Below are positions 7,573-16,873 of a stretch of 64,000 nt of DNA, piece after piece; positions within the stretch are counted from its first letter, which is position 1; each line of letters begins with the position of its first letter. The notes below the pieces were generated by a model that had not been told where the DNA came from, searched no databases, and saw nothing but the letters and a program-made list of their open reading frames with translations. The translations under genes and the position numbers were made by a program. The DNA is from Cyanophyceae cyanobacterium (GTDB lineage Bacteria > Cyanobacteriota > Cyanobacteriia > Cyanobacteriales > Laspinemataceae): the NCBI GenBank assembly GCA_038321985.1, contig JBBQFN010000003.1, forward strand, positions 128,001 to 192,000, written 5' to 3'.

Positions 7573-8684
7573 GCATTTGTAAATTAGTTCAACTCAAATT
7601 TGGTAACAGTCCGGTTCACTTTGGAGACGTGGGAATCGGACTGGAGCAAAGCAGCGATCGCATTCGTTCTGATACGCTATTTAGCGCCTGGATCAGCGCC
7701 TATGCTCGACTGTTTGGAAAAGCGGGGGTAGAGGAATTATTACAACGGTTTTTTGCTGAGGTTCAACCGCCGGTGCGGATGAGTTCAACCTTTATCTACT
7801 CCCACCCCGAGGGGAAAAACGAGATTTACTACCTCCCGCGTCCGCTCAAGTTTCCCATCAAGTATCCCGATGAGGATTTGTCATTTTTCAAAGAGTACAA
7901 AAAACTGACTTATCTGCCGATTCAGGTATGGCATCGATGGTATCAAGGGGAGGGATTTACCACCAACGATGCACAGGAATTAATTGACAAAACGAAAAAG
8001 GCCCGCACTAGCAACGGCGCATTGCATCAAGCGGGAACCTTTAACTATGGAGAGACCTTTGAAACAGAAAAACGTCCTAAAATTGCGGTCGATCGCGTCA
8101 ACGCAGCAACCAACCTGTATCATACCGGCTTTGTCCAATTTAAGTGGGAGCAGCAGAATGACGAAATCCGCAGTTTAGCTGGATTGTACTTTCTGCTTGA
8201 GTTTCCCAAAGAAGATAAATCCTTGGAAACCAATATTCATGCCGCCCTTTCTCTCCTCGGTGAGGAAGGATTGGGGGGAAGGCGATCAAGTGGTGCAGGA
8301 CGATTTGAAATTAAGTGGGAGTCTTCCTTACTCACAGATTGGCAAAAAATCCTTAAACCCGCAAAGGATATGACTCATCACTGTGCAATTAGTTTGTTTT
8401 GGGATGATGATTCATCCGTCTTGAAGGAGCTGATAACAGACAAATGCAGTTATGAAATTCAAGAGCGCCGGGGGTGGATTGCCGGTTCTCCATCCGGCCT
8501 CAATTTGCGGCGAAAATCGGTGCAAATGTTTCTGGAAGGGTCGGTATTTCCTAAACCTCCCTTGGGTAAACTGGCGGATGTGACACCCGGGGGTTTTAAA
8601 GAACACAAAATTTATCGCAATGGCATAGCTTTGAGTATTCCCATTAAAGTTAAACCGGAGAAAATATCCAGTGACTGTCTCTAA
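7569..8684 (+). CDS. csm4: Csm4 (Cas5-family RAMP)
   Basis: 'VHFG', 'RSDTLFSAW', G-loop 'GLGGRRSSGAG', 'EGSVF'. Confidence 0.93.
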   Translation: MSICKLVQLKFGNSPVHFGDVGIGLEQSSDRIRSDTLFSAWISAYARLFGKAGVEELLQRFFAEVQPPVRMSSTFIYSHPEGKNEIYYLPRPLKFPIKYPDEDLSFFKEYKKLTYLPIQVWHRWYQGEGFTTNDAQELIDKTKKARTSNGALHQAGTFNYGETFETEKRPKIAVDRVNAATNLYHTGFVQFKWEQQNDEIRSLAGLYFLLEFPKEDKSLETNIHAALSLLGEEGLGGRRSSGAGRFEIKWESSLLTDWQKILKPAKDMTHHCAISLFWDDDSSVLKELITDKCSYEIQERRGWIAGSPSGLNLRRKSVQMFLEGSVFPKPPLGKLADVTPGGFKEHKIYRNGIALSIPIKVKPEKISSDCL

Positions 8685-9966
8685 CCCTAAAACTACTCTC
8701 ACGAAACCGGAGGTTTACGAGTCGAAGCGAATTCGTCTCACCAGTCAGATATTACATATTGGGTCGGAAGTTCAACGGTTAAGTCCGTTTGAATATGTGC
8801 AAACCTCCGATCACGTCTATCTTCCCCATTCCGACTCCCTTGCGAAAGCGCTCAAGCAGCGGGGGTATTTGGACGATTATATTCAAGCGATTGAAGATCG
8901 TGAAAGCATTGTCGGATTACTGGAAAATGCGTTTGGGGAAAACTGGAAAAATGCCACAGACCCGAATAATCAGCCCATTTTTCCGAAACTGTTTAGCAGT
9001 CGGAAATGGCCGGAGGGACAGGTCACGGATCTGCGCCCGATGATTAGAAATGGCATGGGACAGTTTTATATTCCCGGTTCTTCGATTAAAGGGGCAATCC
9101 GAACAGCGATCGCCTACCATCTCCTCAAACACGCAGACCAGTATCAAGTTCCTCAACAGCATCGCGTCAGTGCGATCGAGGAAAAACTACGGGAAAAAAT
9201 TGGGGATGGAGGTCTTTCAAAATTTCAGCAAAAATGGTTGGATGATGACTTATTTGAAAAAAGTTTATTCTGTAATTTTGACTTGTCCTATCAAGGAAAG
9301 TCTATCCGGGCCAGAGAAGGGCCAAATACTGATTTTATGCGGGCTATTCAAGTTACGGATTCTCAGCCATTAGTGGAACATACAGTCCCCAATAAACAAG
9401 GGAAAGAAATTCCTTACAACATTCCAGTTGTTGCTGAGGTGATGGTCTCCAGTCATTATCAAAACTGGCAAGCTAAATATCGAGCGTCAATTTATGCCGA
9501 AATGGTGGTCAAAGTCCGGACGGACTTTACTCTCTCTTTAGATACAGAAATGCTGTCTTGGTTTTCCCACCAAAGAGGAATGAAACTGCCCTTTCAAAAC
9601 TTGGAGGACATTTTGAAGATTTGCCAGGAATTTGCCCAAGAACAATGGGATTTTGAACATGATTACTGGGAGGATGTTAAAAACAACCTAAAAGATAATG
9701 GTCGTAACTTAGACTTTAGCCAAATTCGGGACAGTTACGAGGCTGAAAAGTGTCCCCATAGTTTGAGAGTAGGTTGGGGCAGCGGAATGCGGGGGACTAC
9801 GGTTAATTTGCTGTTTCCCGATGACTTGGTGGCAAATCTACGCGATGCTTGTGGCATTAAAGCGCCTGGATTTGAAGCCCCGAAATCCAGACGCACAGTC
9901 ATTAGTCACAAAGGAGAAATCAAATATGTTCCGGGATGGGTGAAGTTTCAGGAGTTGAAAAAGTAA
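8671..9966 (+). CDS. csm5: Csm5 RAMP
   Basis: 'LHIGS', 'YIPGSSIKGAIRTA', 'LRVGWGSG', C-terminal 'PGWV'. Confidence 0.93.
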   Translation: MTVSNPKTTLTKPEVYESKRIRLTSQILHIGSEVQRLSPFEYVQTSDHVYLPHSDSLAKALKQRGYLDDYIQAIEDRESIVGLLENAFGENWKNATDPNNQPIFPKLFSSRKWPEGQVTDLRPMIRNGMGQFYIPGSSIKGAIRTAIAYHLLKHADQYQVPQQHRVSAIEEKLREKIGDGGLSKFQQKWLDDDLFEKSLFCNFDLSYQGKSIRAREGPNTDFMRAIQVTDSQPLVEHTVPNKQGKEIPYNIPVVAEVMVSSHYQNWQAKYRASIYAEMVVKVRTDFTLSLDTEMLSWFSHQRGMKLPFQNLEDILKICQEFAQEQWDFEHDYWEDVKNNLKDNGRNLDFSQIRDSYEAEKCPHSLRVGWGSGMRGTTVNLLFPDDLVANLRDACGIKAPGFEAPKSRRTVISHKGEIKYVPGWVKFQELKK

Positions 9967-10754
9967 TGTTAATCCGTTCGATTTGGACTCTATCTGTCTC
10001 GGGTTCCACTGTTTTACCGCGTTCTTATCATTTAGAACTGGTCAAAAAACTGCATCGGCACATGGGGTTAGAAATGGGTGGGAATGAAACCCCTGATATT
10101 GCTTTTTCTTCCCTACAGGGTTATTACAGCAGTTCCAAAGAATTTTGCACCTTTCACCCGGAAGAGTTGTACAGTTTATCCCTGTGTGGATTGACCGAAC
10201 CAGCTTCTAAAGCGATCGCCAATCTGGACTTATCGGATACCCTCGAATTTTTGGGGGCTGAATTCAACATCAGCGATCGCCAAGATGAAACCACCAGTTA
10301 CGAACAGCTTTACACCACATTAGTCGCCAATGAACCGGAACCCGTTCGTCAGTTTAACTTGCACTTTAGCACCCCAACTGCTTTTTCACAGCAACAGGTT
10401 TATTTGCCGTTACCTGTTCCTGCTTTGATGTTCCAAAGTTGGTTAACACGCTGGAATGAATTTGGGCCAGTTTACCTGGGGAGTGATGAACTGATTGCTT
10501 ATTTGAGTCAGGCGATCGCCCTTTCCAGACATAAAATTTCCACTCGTTCATTTCAAGTTCATCGTAGTTCTATCAGCGGTTTTGTGGGGGATGTCAACCT
10601 GAAAATTCGCACCCGCGCCGATCCATTACTGGCAAATGTCGCTCACTTGCTCATTCGCTATGCCGAATTTGCGGGAACGGGCATCAAAACCCGCTTAGGC
10701 ATGGGACAAACTCATATAAACTTAACTCATCAGCAGACTACGAAGCATGATTAA
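9966..10754 (+). CDS. cas6: crRNA-processing endoribonuclease Cas6
   Basis: 'FSTPTAF', C-terminal G-loop 'AEFAGTGIKTRLGMGQ'; ATG at 9966 overlaps the csm5 stop (ORF track starts at 9936). Confidence 0.92.
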   Translation: MLIRSIWTLSVSGSTVLPRSYHLELVKKLHRHMGLEMGGNETPDIAFSSLQGYYSSSKEFCTFHPEELYSLSLCGLTEPASKAIANLDLSDTLEFLGAEFNISDRQDETTSYEQLYTTLVANEPEPVRQFNLHFSTPTAFSQQQVYLPLPVPALMFQSWLTRWNEFGPVYLGSDELIAYLSQAIALSRHKISTRSFQVHRSSISGFVGDVNLKIRTRADPLLANVAHLLIRYAEFAGTGIKTRLGMGQTHINLTHQQTTKHD

Positions 10755-11922
10755 CAATCTCATCTCTACCGTCGGTACGAGCCTGTTAAAACCCAACTTA
10801 AAAGGACTGCCTTCATCGGAAAGTTATGAAAGTTGGTTGGAAAGACAACCCCCAGGCGATCGCCCGTATCTTTCTCTGGAATTAACTCAATCACTCAAAC
10901 AGGCATTAGAACATCAGGAATGGAAGCAGTTAGCGGAATTGTTGGCGACTATTCCAGCAACGGTTCGTTTGTGTGGAGCAGAAATTAATTCCATTACCGA
11001 CTTAATTTATCGGGGATATTGCGCGGAAAAATCTTTATTGGTCTTCTGTCATTCGGCTACTGATGAAGGACGCCAGATTGCCGAGGTTTTAGATTTTTAC
11101 TATAAGGCTAAGGGATATTTGACCCAGAAGCAGGAAATTGAACATCTGCAAGACAAAGACCCCAAACTGTTTCGGACCAAAGGACTGCGTAATTTGGCAA
11201 AAGAAGTGGGTAAAATTGTGCGAAAACAACAGGCTCAGTTCTGTGCAATTAATGCAACAGGTGGCTACAAAGCACAAATTGCTATAGCAGTGCTGATGGG
11301 GCAAGCCCTAGGAATTCCTGTCTATTATAAGCACGAGCTATTTAGCGAAATTATTGCGTTCCCGCCGATGCCCATTTCTTTAGATTTTCCGTTGTGGTTA
11401 GAAAAAAGTGGTTTGTTGACTGCTTTAGATAGAGGTGAAATTCTCACATCCATAGAAGTTGAAGAAGATTGGGATGAGCGCCTCGAACCCTTAGTTGAGC
11501 GAATTGAAATCGATAAAAAGGACTGTTTAGAACTCTCAGCAACGGGCCAAATTTTTCATGAAACATTTAAAGGGCGATTTGAGTCAGATTTAGACCGGAT
11601 CTTGCCACCGCCAGTCCCTCCTACCGAGAAAGTTAAACCTCGCTTACCTCACCATGACTGGGGTAATGCAGAAAACCCCATTCTTAATTTTCTTCAGAAA
11701 GTTATTAATAACTCTCCTTACGTTCGGGCGTGCCGCACTGACTATTGGAATCCGGATTTGCCTTCGCCCGTTTTGTTTCGGATGAAAGGAGAGGAAATCG
11801 AAGGGATTTTTAGTCAGGGAACTTGGACGGTAAAATTTATTATTGAAACATCATCCACAACAAGGGGACAGTCTTTAGCTTGTGTTGCCGATTTGAATCG
11901 CTCTCTTCAAAATTTTACCTGA
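10747..11922 (+). CDS. CRISPR-associated CARF protein, APE2256 family, with wHTH and uncharacterised C-terminal domain
   Basis: 'STVGTSLL', 'GAEINS', 'SATDEG', 'NATGGYK', 'VYYKHE'. Confidence 0.8.
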   Translation: MINNLISTVGTSLLKPNLKGLPSSESYESWLERQPPGDRPYLSLELTQSLKQALEHQEWKQLAELLATIPATVRLCGAEINSITDLIYRGYCAEKSLLVFCHSATDEGRQIAEVLDFYYKAKGYLTQKQEIEHLQDKDPKLFRTKGLRNLAKEVGKIVRKQQAQFCAINATGGYKAQIAIAVLMGQALGIPVYYKHELFSEIIAFPPMPISLDFPLWLEKSGLLTALDRGEILTSIEVEEDWDERLEPLVERIEIDKKDCLELSATGQIFHETFKGRFESDLDRILPPPVPPTEKVKPRLPHHDWGNAENPILNFLQKVINNSPYVRACRTDYWNPDLPSPVLFRMKGEEIEGIFSQGTWTVKFIIETSSTTRGQSLACVADLNRSLQNFT

Positions 11923-11935
11923 AGACGCCTTAAAC

Positions 11936-13231
11936 TTGATGCCGTTTAGTTCAATAATTTGTAGAATGACCATGAAAGCGATTTCATTTTTAGGCTATAA
12001 TTCCAACGGATATACAGAAACCACTTATCTGAATACTACGGGAGAATTGAAATACAAGACTCAATTTTTTCAAGAGGCATTAGTTGAGTTTTATCATCCC
12101 GAAGTGTTGTATGTCTTGCTGACCAAAACAGCAGAAACAGGAATTCCTAAAGGAGAAACCATCTCCAGTTGGGAAACCCTTCAAAAACGATTAGAGGGTC
12201 GGGTAAATTTGCAGCCAATTTTTAATGTCCCTGAAGGACATACCCAAGCCGATATCTGGAACTTGTTTAATCTATTAACCGGCTGTTTACAACAAGACGA
12301 TCGCGTCTTGTTTGATATCACTCATGGGTTTCGCTCTTTACCCGTCCTCTCCTTAATCGCCGTTAGTTTCTTGCGAGTGGTTCGGCAAGTCAAAATTGAA
12401 GGCTTAATCTACGGGGCATTTGATGCCAAAAATAAAGAAACTAACGAAACTCCTACCTTTGACTTGTTACCGATGGTTAGTTTGTTAGAGTGGACAACCG
12501 CAACGGACCAATTTTTGAAAACGGGGAATGGGCAGGAATTAGCCAGTTTGCTACGCCAGAGTGACGAGGAAGCTAATCAAAATTTAGCCCAAAGTATTAG
12601 TGCCATTTCTGGAGGATTGCAACTATTACGTCCGATGGATGTGATGGCTGAATCCGCAGCGTTATCGATTAACATTGAAAAAGCTGCTCCCAGTATTGCT
12701 CAGTCAGTCCCACCATTTGTTACCTTGCTGAAGCGGGTAGAACAAGATTATGGAAGTTTTGCCTTAGCCAATCCCACTGATTATACCACTCATGCTAAAG
12801 AAGGTTTATTGCAACAGTTAAAAATCATAAACTGGTATGCAGCTAAAGGGCAATTTGTCCAAGCACTTTGTTTGGCCCGAGAATGGTTACCTTCTTTGCT
12901 CTGCTATCATTTTAATCTTGATCCTTTGGTGAACTACCCCAATCGAGATGAAATGGAAACTTTACTCGCAGGTGGAAAAATCAAAGACTCCAAAGGGAAT
13001 ATCGTTAAAGAGTCTTCCTATTTAGAGGAATGGAATCAAATTCCAAAAGCGCAGAGGAAACAGTTGACGAACCTCTGGGGAGGAACTTTAAATTTTGCTA
13101 ACTTACGCAATGATATTCTGCACGCAGGATTCAGGAAAAATCCTAGAAATGCAAAACAAATTGAGCAAGAGGCAAAGCAAATTATTAAAGAACTTGAAGC
13201 TATTAAAAAGACTTGGAAGTTAGAAGAGTAA
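11936..13231 (+). CDS. csx1: Csx1/TM1812 (TIGR02221)-family CARF-HEPN ribonuclease; probable start ~11966-11972
   Basis: 'ISFLG', CARF 'FDITHGFRSLP', HEPN RxxxxH 'RNDILH'. Confidence 0.85.
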   Translation: MMPFSSIICRMTMKAISFLGYNSNGYTETTYLNTTGELKYKTQFFQEALVEFYHPEVLYVLLTKTAETGIPKGETISSWETLQKRLEGRVNLQPIFNVPEGHTQADIWNLFNLLTGCLQQDDRVLFDITHGFRSLPVLSLIAVSFLRVVRQVKIEGLIYGAFDAKNKETNETPTFDLLPMVSLLEWTTATDQFLKTGNGQELASLLRQSDEEANQNLAQSISAISGGLQLLRPMDVMAESAALSINIEKAAPSIAQSVPPFVTLLKRVEQDYGSFALANPTDYTTHAKEGLLQQLKIINWYAAKGQFVQALCLAREWLPSLLCYHFNLDPLVNYPNRDEMETLLAGGKIKDSKGNIVKESSYLEEWNQIPKAQRKQLTNLWGGTLNFANLRNDILHAGFRKNPRNAKQIEQEAKQIIKELEAIKKTWKLEE

Positions 13232-13258
13232 AATTCCAAACCTGTTTGTTAAACCAGC

Positions 13259-13583
13259 GCGTCAGCAAACATCACGATCGCCCCGATCGCCTGTTTAACT
13301 GACGCACTCAACCCATTAACCCTCGGTTCTTTCGTTCAACCAAGTGGCGAGATCCGCTTCACTGGTAAAATCTAGCAGGGCCTCGCTCAACTCCTCTAAC
13401 CGGGGAGTCGGTAACTGTTGTACTGCCAAATCTAACTCGGAAGAAATGCCCCCACAACGGCGATTGAGTTGACGTTGAACCAGATACACAGTTGCTTGCC
13501 CGATCCCCTGTTCGATTCCTTGTTCCATCCAACTGGTGACGATTTCCATGACTCCCTCCTGTTCTTGGGGTAAAATGGTACTC
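13259..13583. repeat. Direct repeat copy 1 (3' end of the Rpn gene plus hairpin); copy 2 at 14365-14713
   Basis: High identity from GCGTCAGCAAACA to TAAAATGGTACTC; copy 2 has 24 extra nt in the EQG/ERG repeats. Confidence 0.9.
13316..13549 (-). CDS. Stand-alone DUF4351 / Rpn C-terminal domain protein
   Basis: 77 aa, near-identical to the C-terminus of 14422-15363; AGGAGGGAGTC precedes the ATG. Confidence 0.7.
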   Translation of the reverse strand: MEIVTSWMEQGIEQGIGQATVYLVQRQLNRRCGGISSELDLAVQQLPTPRLEELSEALLDFTSEADLATWLNERTEG

Positions 13584-13633
13584 GATATCTTAATAAAAAC
13601 CAGGTAAACTGTTTAGATAGGGTTAAGGTAATT

Positions 13634-13879
13634 ATGAAACTCAAAATAAAATCTAAAGTGGATGCGGAAGGTAAGCTATTTTTACAACTTCCTCCAGAAT
13701 TTGCTAATCAAGAATTAGACATCATTATTGATTCTGCTCAAGAAACAATTCCCACTCCAGAAGGCTTAGGTTATCCCGCTGATTTTTTTGAGAAAACTGC
13801 TGGAAAATGGCAAGGGGAAACTTGGGACAGAGAAAATTTAGGAGATTGCGATCGCAGAATTTGGGACGTTGAAACATGA
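13634..13879 (+). CDS. Probable VapB-type antitoxin
   Basis: 81 aa, acidic, 'YPADFFEKTAGKWQG'; ATGA overlap with the PIN gene. Confidence 0.7.
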   Translation: MKLKIKSKVDAEGKLFLQLPPEFANQELDIIIDSAQETIPTPEGLGYPADFFEKTAGKWQGETWDRENLGDCDRRIWDVET

Positions 13880-14280
13880 TTTATTTATTGGACACAAATA
13901 CTTGTATTCAATATTTAACGGGACGCAGTGAAAACGTCACCCAGAAATTTAAAACTACTCCTCGTCAAAATATTGGTTTATGTGATGTAGTCAAGGCCGA
14001 ATTGTATTATGGAGCTTGTCGCAGTGCCAAAAAAGAACAAAATCTCGCTTTATATGAATTATTTTTTTCACAATATATCAGTTTGCCGTTTGATGGAAAC
14101 TCTGCTAAAATTTATGGAGAAATTCGTGCTGATCTTTCCAGGCGGGGAACTCCTATCGGAGCTTATGATTTACAAATTGCGGCGATCTCCTTAGCCCACA
14201 ATCTCATCTTAGTCACTCATAATACTCAAGAATTTCAAAGGATTCAAAATTTAAAACTTGAAGATTGGGAAATCCTATAA
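13876..14280 (+). CDS. vapC: VapC PIN-domain toxin
   Basis: 'YLLDTN', 'AELYYGA', 'GTPIGAYDLQIAA', 'LVTHNTQEF'. Confidence 0.93.
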   Translation: MIYLLDTNTCIQYLTGRSENVTQKFKTTPRQNIGLCDVVKAELYYGACRSAKKEQNLALYELFFSQYISLPFDGNSAKIYGEIRADLSRRGTPIGAYDLQIAAISLAHNLILVTHNTQEFQRIQNLKLEDWEIL

Positions 14281-14364
14281 ATTCCCGCCGGTTAGGGCTT
14301 AGCCTGTCACCTCTTAAAAAATTCAAGATTTAATCATTGTTTCTGAGAGGTTTTTGCATGAAAT

Positions 14365-14713
14365 GCGTCAGCAAACAGCACGATAAAACCGATCGCCTAT
14401 TTAACTGACGCACTCCACCCATTAACCCTGGGTTCTTTCGTTCAACCAAGTGACGAGATCCGCTTCACTGGTAAAATCTAGCAGGGCCTCGCTCAACTCC
14501 TCTAACCGGGGAGTCGATAACTGTTGTACTGCCAAATCTAACTCGGGAGAAATCCCAGCACAACGGCGATTGAGTTGGCGCTGAACCAGAGAAACAGTTG
14601 CTTGCCGCATCCCCTGTTCGAGTCCTTGTTCGATTCCTCGTTCGATTCCTTCTTCCATCCAACTGGTGACGATTTCCATGACTCCCTCCTGTTCTTGGGG
14701 TAAAATGGTACTC
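14365..14713. repeat. Direct repeat copy 2
   Basis: Matches 13259-13583. Confidence 0.9.
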
Positions 14714-15363
14714 AATTCTGCTTGAAATAGGGCTTGTTCTTCTGGATTTAAGCGGAGGTAAATATCGATAAATCCGGAAATTAACTGGGTTCGGGCTGGA
14801 TTCAGTTGTAGGTGATGCAGCATTCGCAAACATTCTAGCTTGACTCGGGGCCGATCGCCTCTTTCCATCCGCATTTTTGCCATCAATGCACAGCTGATCG
14901 CATTGTTGCAGTCCCGAAAATCTTGCCAATTCAGCCGATTTAATTGGATGACTTCATAGTTAAATCGGTTCACTTCTTTGCCGCAACATTCTACTTGATA
15001 GTAATTCGGATCCGGTCGTTGGGGTGTATCAAAGGATAGCACCGCGATCGGATAAATCCCCATCGCGTATTTTTCCAGCAATCGGCAGAAGTAAATAAAC
15101 ATCCGGCGGGGAAAGTTGGACTCGCTGCGTCCTTGATGTTCGAGATGAATCAGAATGGGAATTTTCCCATATTTCAGTTGTGCTCGGATGACCAGATCCG
15201 CTGCGTATTTCTCCCCAGAGGTGATGTCGGTAAAGAGTTCTTTATCTTGGAACGATAAAGAGTCCGGGTCTAGGGCGTTCCAGAGTTCGGGGAAAAACAG
15301 TTGCAAGAATTCGGGGAAGAAGGTTTCTAGGAGTTCTTTGAATAGGCGATCGTGGTCTATCAT
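14422..15363 (-). CDS. Rpn/YhgA-like PD-(D/E)XK nuclease with C-terminal DUF4351
   Basis: 'DHDRLFKELL', 'ADLV...IHLEHQ', 'FPRRMFIY', EQG repeats, 'LEELSEALLDF'. Confidence 0.85.
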   Translation of the reverse strand: MIDHDRLFKELLETFFPEFLQLFFPELWNALDPDSLSFQDKELFTDITSGEKYAADLVIRAQLKYGKIPILIHLEHQGRSESNFPRRMFIYFCRLLEKYAMGIYPIAVLSFDTPQRPDPNYYQVECCGKEVNRFNYEVIQLNRLNWQDFRDCNNAISCALMAKMRMERGDRPRVKLECLRMLHHLQLNPARTQLISGFIDIYLRLNPEEQALFQAELSTILPQEQEGVMEIVTSWMEEGIERGIEQGLEQGMRQATVSLVQRQLNRRCAGISPELDLAVQQLSTPRLEELSEALLDFTSEADLVTWLNERTQG

Positions 15364-15503
15364 CGAGATTCTATGGGGAGTTGCACTTCTGATATTGTCT
15401 TCTATTTTAATATCAAATACTGTTTTTTATTATGATATATAGCGGTTCGGTGACTTGCCCTCCCCCCTATCCCGATCGCCTCTATTGAATCAAAATTCAT
15501 CGG

Positions 15504-15542
15504 TTCCGGTCCCCTCCCCTTGCCAAAGGGAGGGGACCGGAA
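15504..15542. repeat. GC-rich palindrome (terminator or REP-like)
   Basis: TTCCGGTCCCCTCCC...GGGAGGGGACCGGAA. Confidence 0.6.
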
Positions 15543-15609
15543 GTGAGCTTGGATGTGAGGTAAATCCCTCGGAACGTAAAAAACTACTCTTGTAAGCCCT
15601 TTCCGTTGC

Positions 15610-16259
15610 GGTCATCAAATCCCGATCGCCTGCTGCCAATAATCCCAGCAATGCCCGCTCGCTAATCCATCCATGAGGCGCTCGCCTTGATTGCTTCCTC
15701 TTCCACCCGGTTGAAACAGACCGAAACTCCCCTGAACCGGGATGAACTGATGGGGGTGGAAGGGATTTGTGCCCGCGCCTATTACCAAGGACTGCGCCAC
15801 TGGTTTGCGCCTCAGTGAAATTTTACGGGGCGCAATCGTCGCCCTCCCCTGGACCCGATTAATGCCTTGCTCAGTTGGGGGTATGGGGTACTGCTGGCGC
15901 GGGTGTTTGCTGCCTCTGTGCAAGCGGCACTGGAACCCTATCGGCCCAATTTAGTGCTGGATTTGATGGAGGAGTTTCGCCCGGTGATTGTGGACCGCGC
16001 GGCCATTGCGATCGTTAAGTCGGAGATGTTGGACCCTCTGGATTTTGAACCCTCCCCGGATGGTGAGGGGATATGGTTGGGAAAAATGGCGAAAAAACTC
16101 TATTTGGGGGAGTTGGAACGACAATTTCGGACCCAGATGCTCTATCCGCCCCAAAATCGTCGCCTGATGTTGAGTCAGATTCTGGTGGAACAGGCGCGAT
16201 GGGTAGGGCGCTGTTTGGTGGAATCTTCCCTAGATTATGAGGCTTTTACCCTAAAATGA
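15610..16259 (+). pseudogene. cas1: cas1 pseudogene (left boundary approximate)
   Basis: Frame 'DELMGVEGICARAYY...FAPQ*NFTGRNRRPPLDPINALLSWGY...LDLMEEFRP' has an in-frame TGA at 15816-15818; most of the N-terminal half is absent; the G-F-x-H segment is missing between 'LEPY' and 'RPNL'. Confidence 0.88.
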
Positions 16260-16540
16260 CGGATTTTTGGTTAGTTTGCTATGACGTCCGGGACAACAAG
16301 CGCCGCACGAAATTGGCAAAGCTGATGGAACAGCGCTGTCAGCGAGTGCAGTATTCGGTGTTTGAGTGTCCCCTGGATGAGGAAACCCTTGCCGGGTTGA
16401 TTGAGAATCGCTGGTTGAAGGTGCTGAACCTGTCGGAAGACAGTCTGCGCGCCTATCCGTTGACTCGGACGGCGAAGAAGCAGGCGAAGATTTACGGCAG
16501 TCCTCCCCTGTATGAACCCCCGGATTATTTAATTCTGTGA
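16256..16540 (+). CDS. cas2: Cas2
   Basis: 'LVCYDV..NKRR..LAK', 'RVQYSVFEC', 'EDSLRAY'. Confidence 0.95.
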   Translation: MTDFWLVCYDVRDNKRRTKLAKLMEQRCQRVQYSVFECPLDEETLAGLIENRWLKVLNLSEDSLRAYPLTRTAKKQAKIYGSPPLYEPPDYLIL

Positions 16541-16873
16541 AGGGTTTATCCCCGGGTCAAAGGGGGGAAGATTTCTCCAACCTTTGACCGGATAAGATTT
16601 CTGGCTGTTGTAACGGAATGTAAATCTTTCCCGAGATTTGTCCGAATCAGCTAGAGGGAGGATTCGGGCGCAATTTTGAGCTAGAAGGAGATAAAGCGGG
16701 TAATTTCCCGCTTTTTTATTCTCTCGGTTTGCGCTATTGTTGATTCATCGATTGATTTCCGTCAATCTTTCCCCGCTAAAGCAGCGCGTTAAGTTTTGTA
16801 ACGTTGACCCTCTGTACTTTGGCGCGATCCCACCTTAGAAAACTAGATAGTGCAAAGGTTTCAACAGGATAGA
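16541..16873 (+). promoter_or_regulatory. CRISPR leader
   Basis: Non-coding region between cas2 and the first repeat. Confidence 0.6.

Noticed and set aside
14422..15363. Rpn gene as an IS transposase mobilising vapBC
   Set aside because: No terminal inverted repeats or short target-site duplication; the Rpn family is PD-(D/E)XK, not a DDE/HUH transposase
15867..16259. 130-aa ORF as a functional mini-Cas1
   Set aside because: It is the post-stop fragment of the cas1 pseudogene and lacks the catalytic His segment
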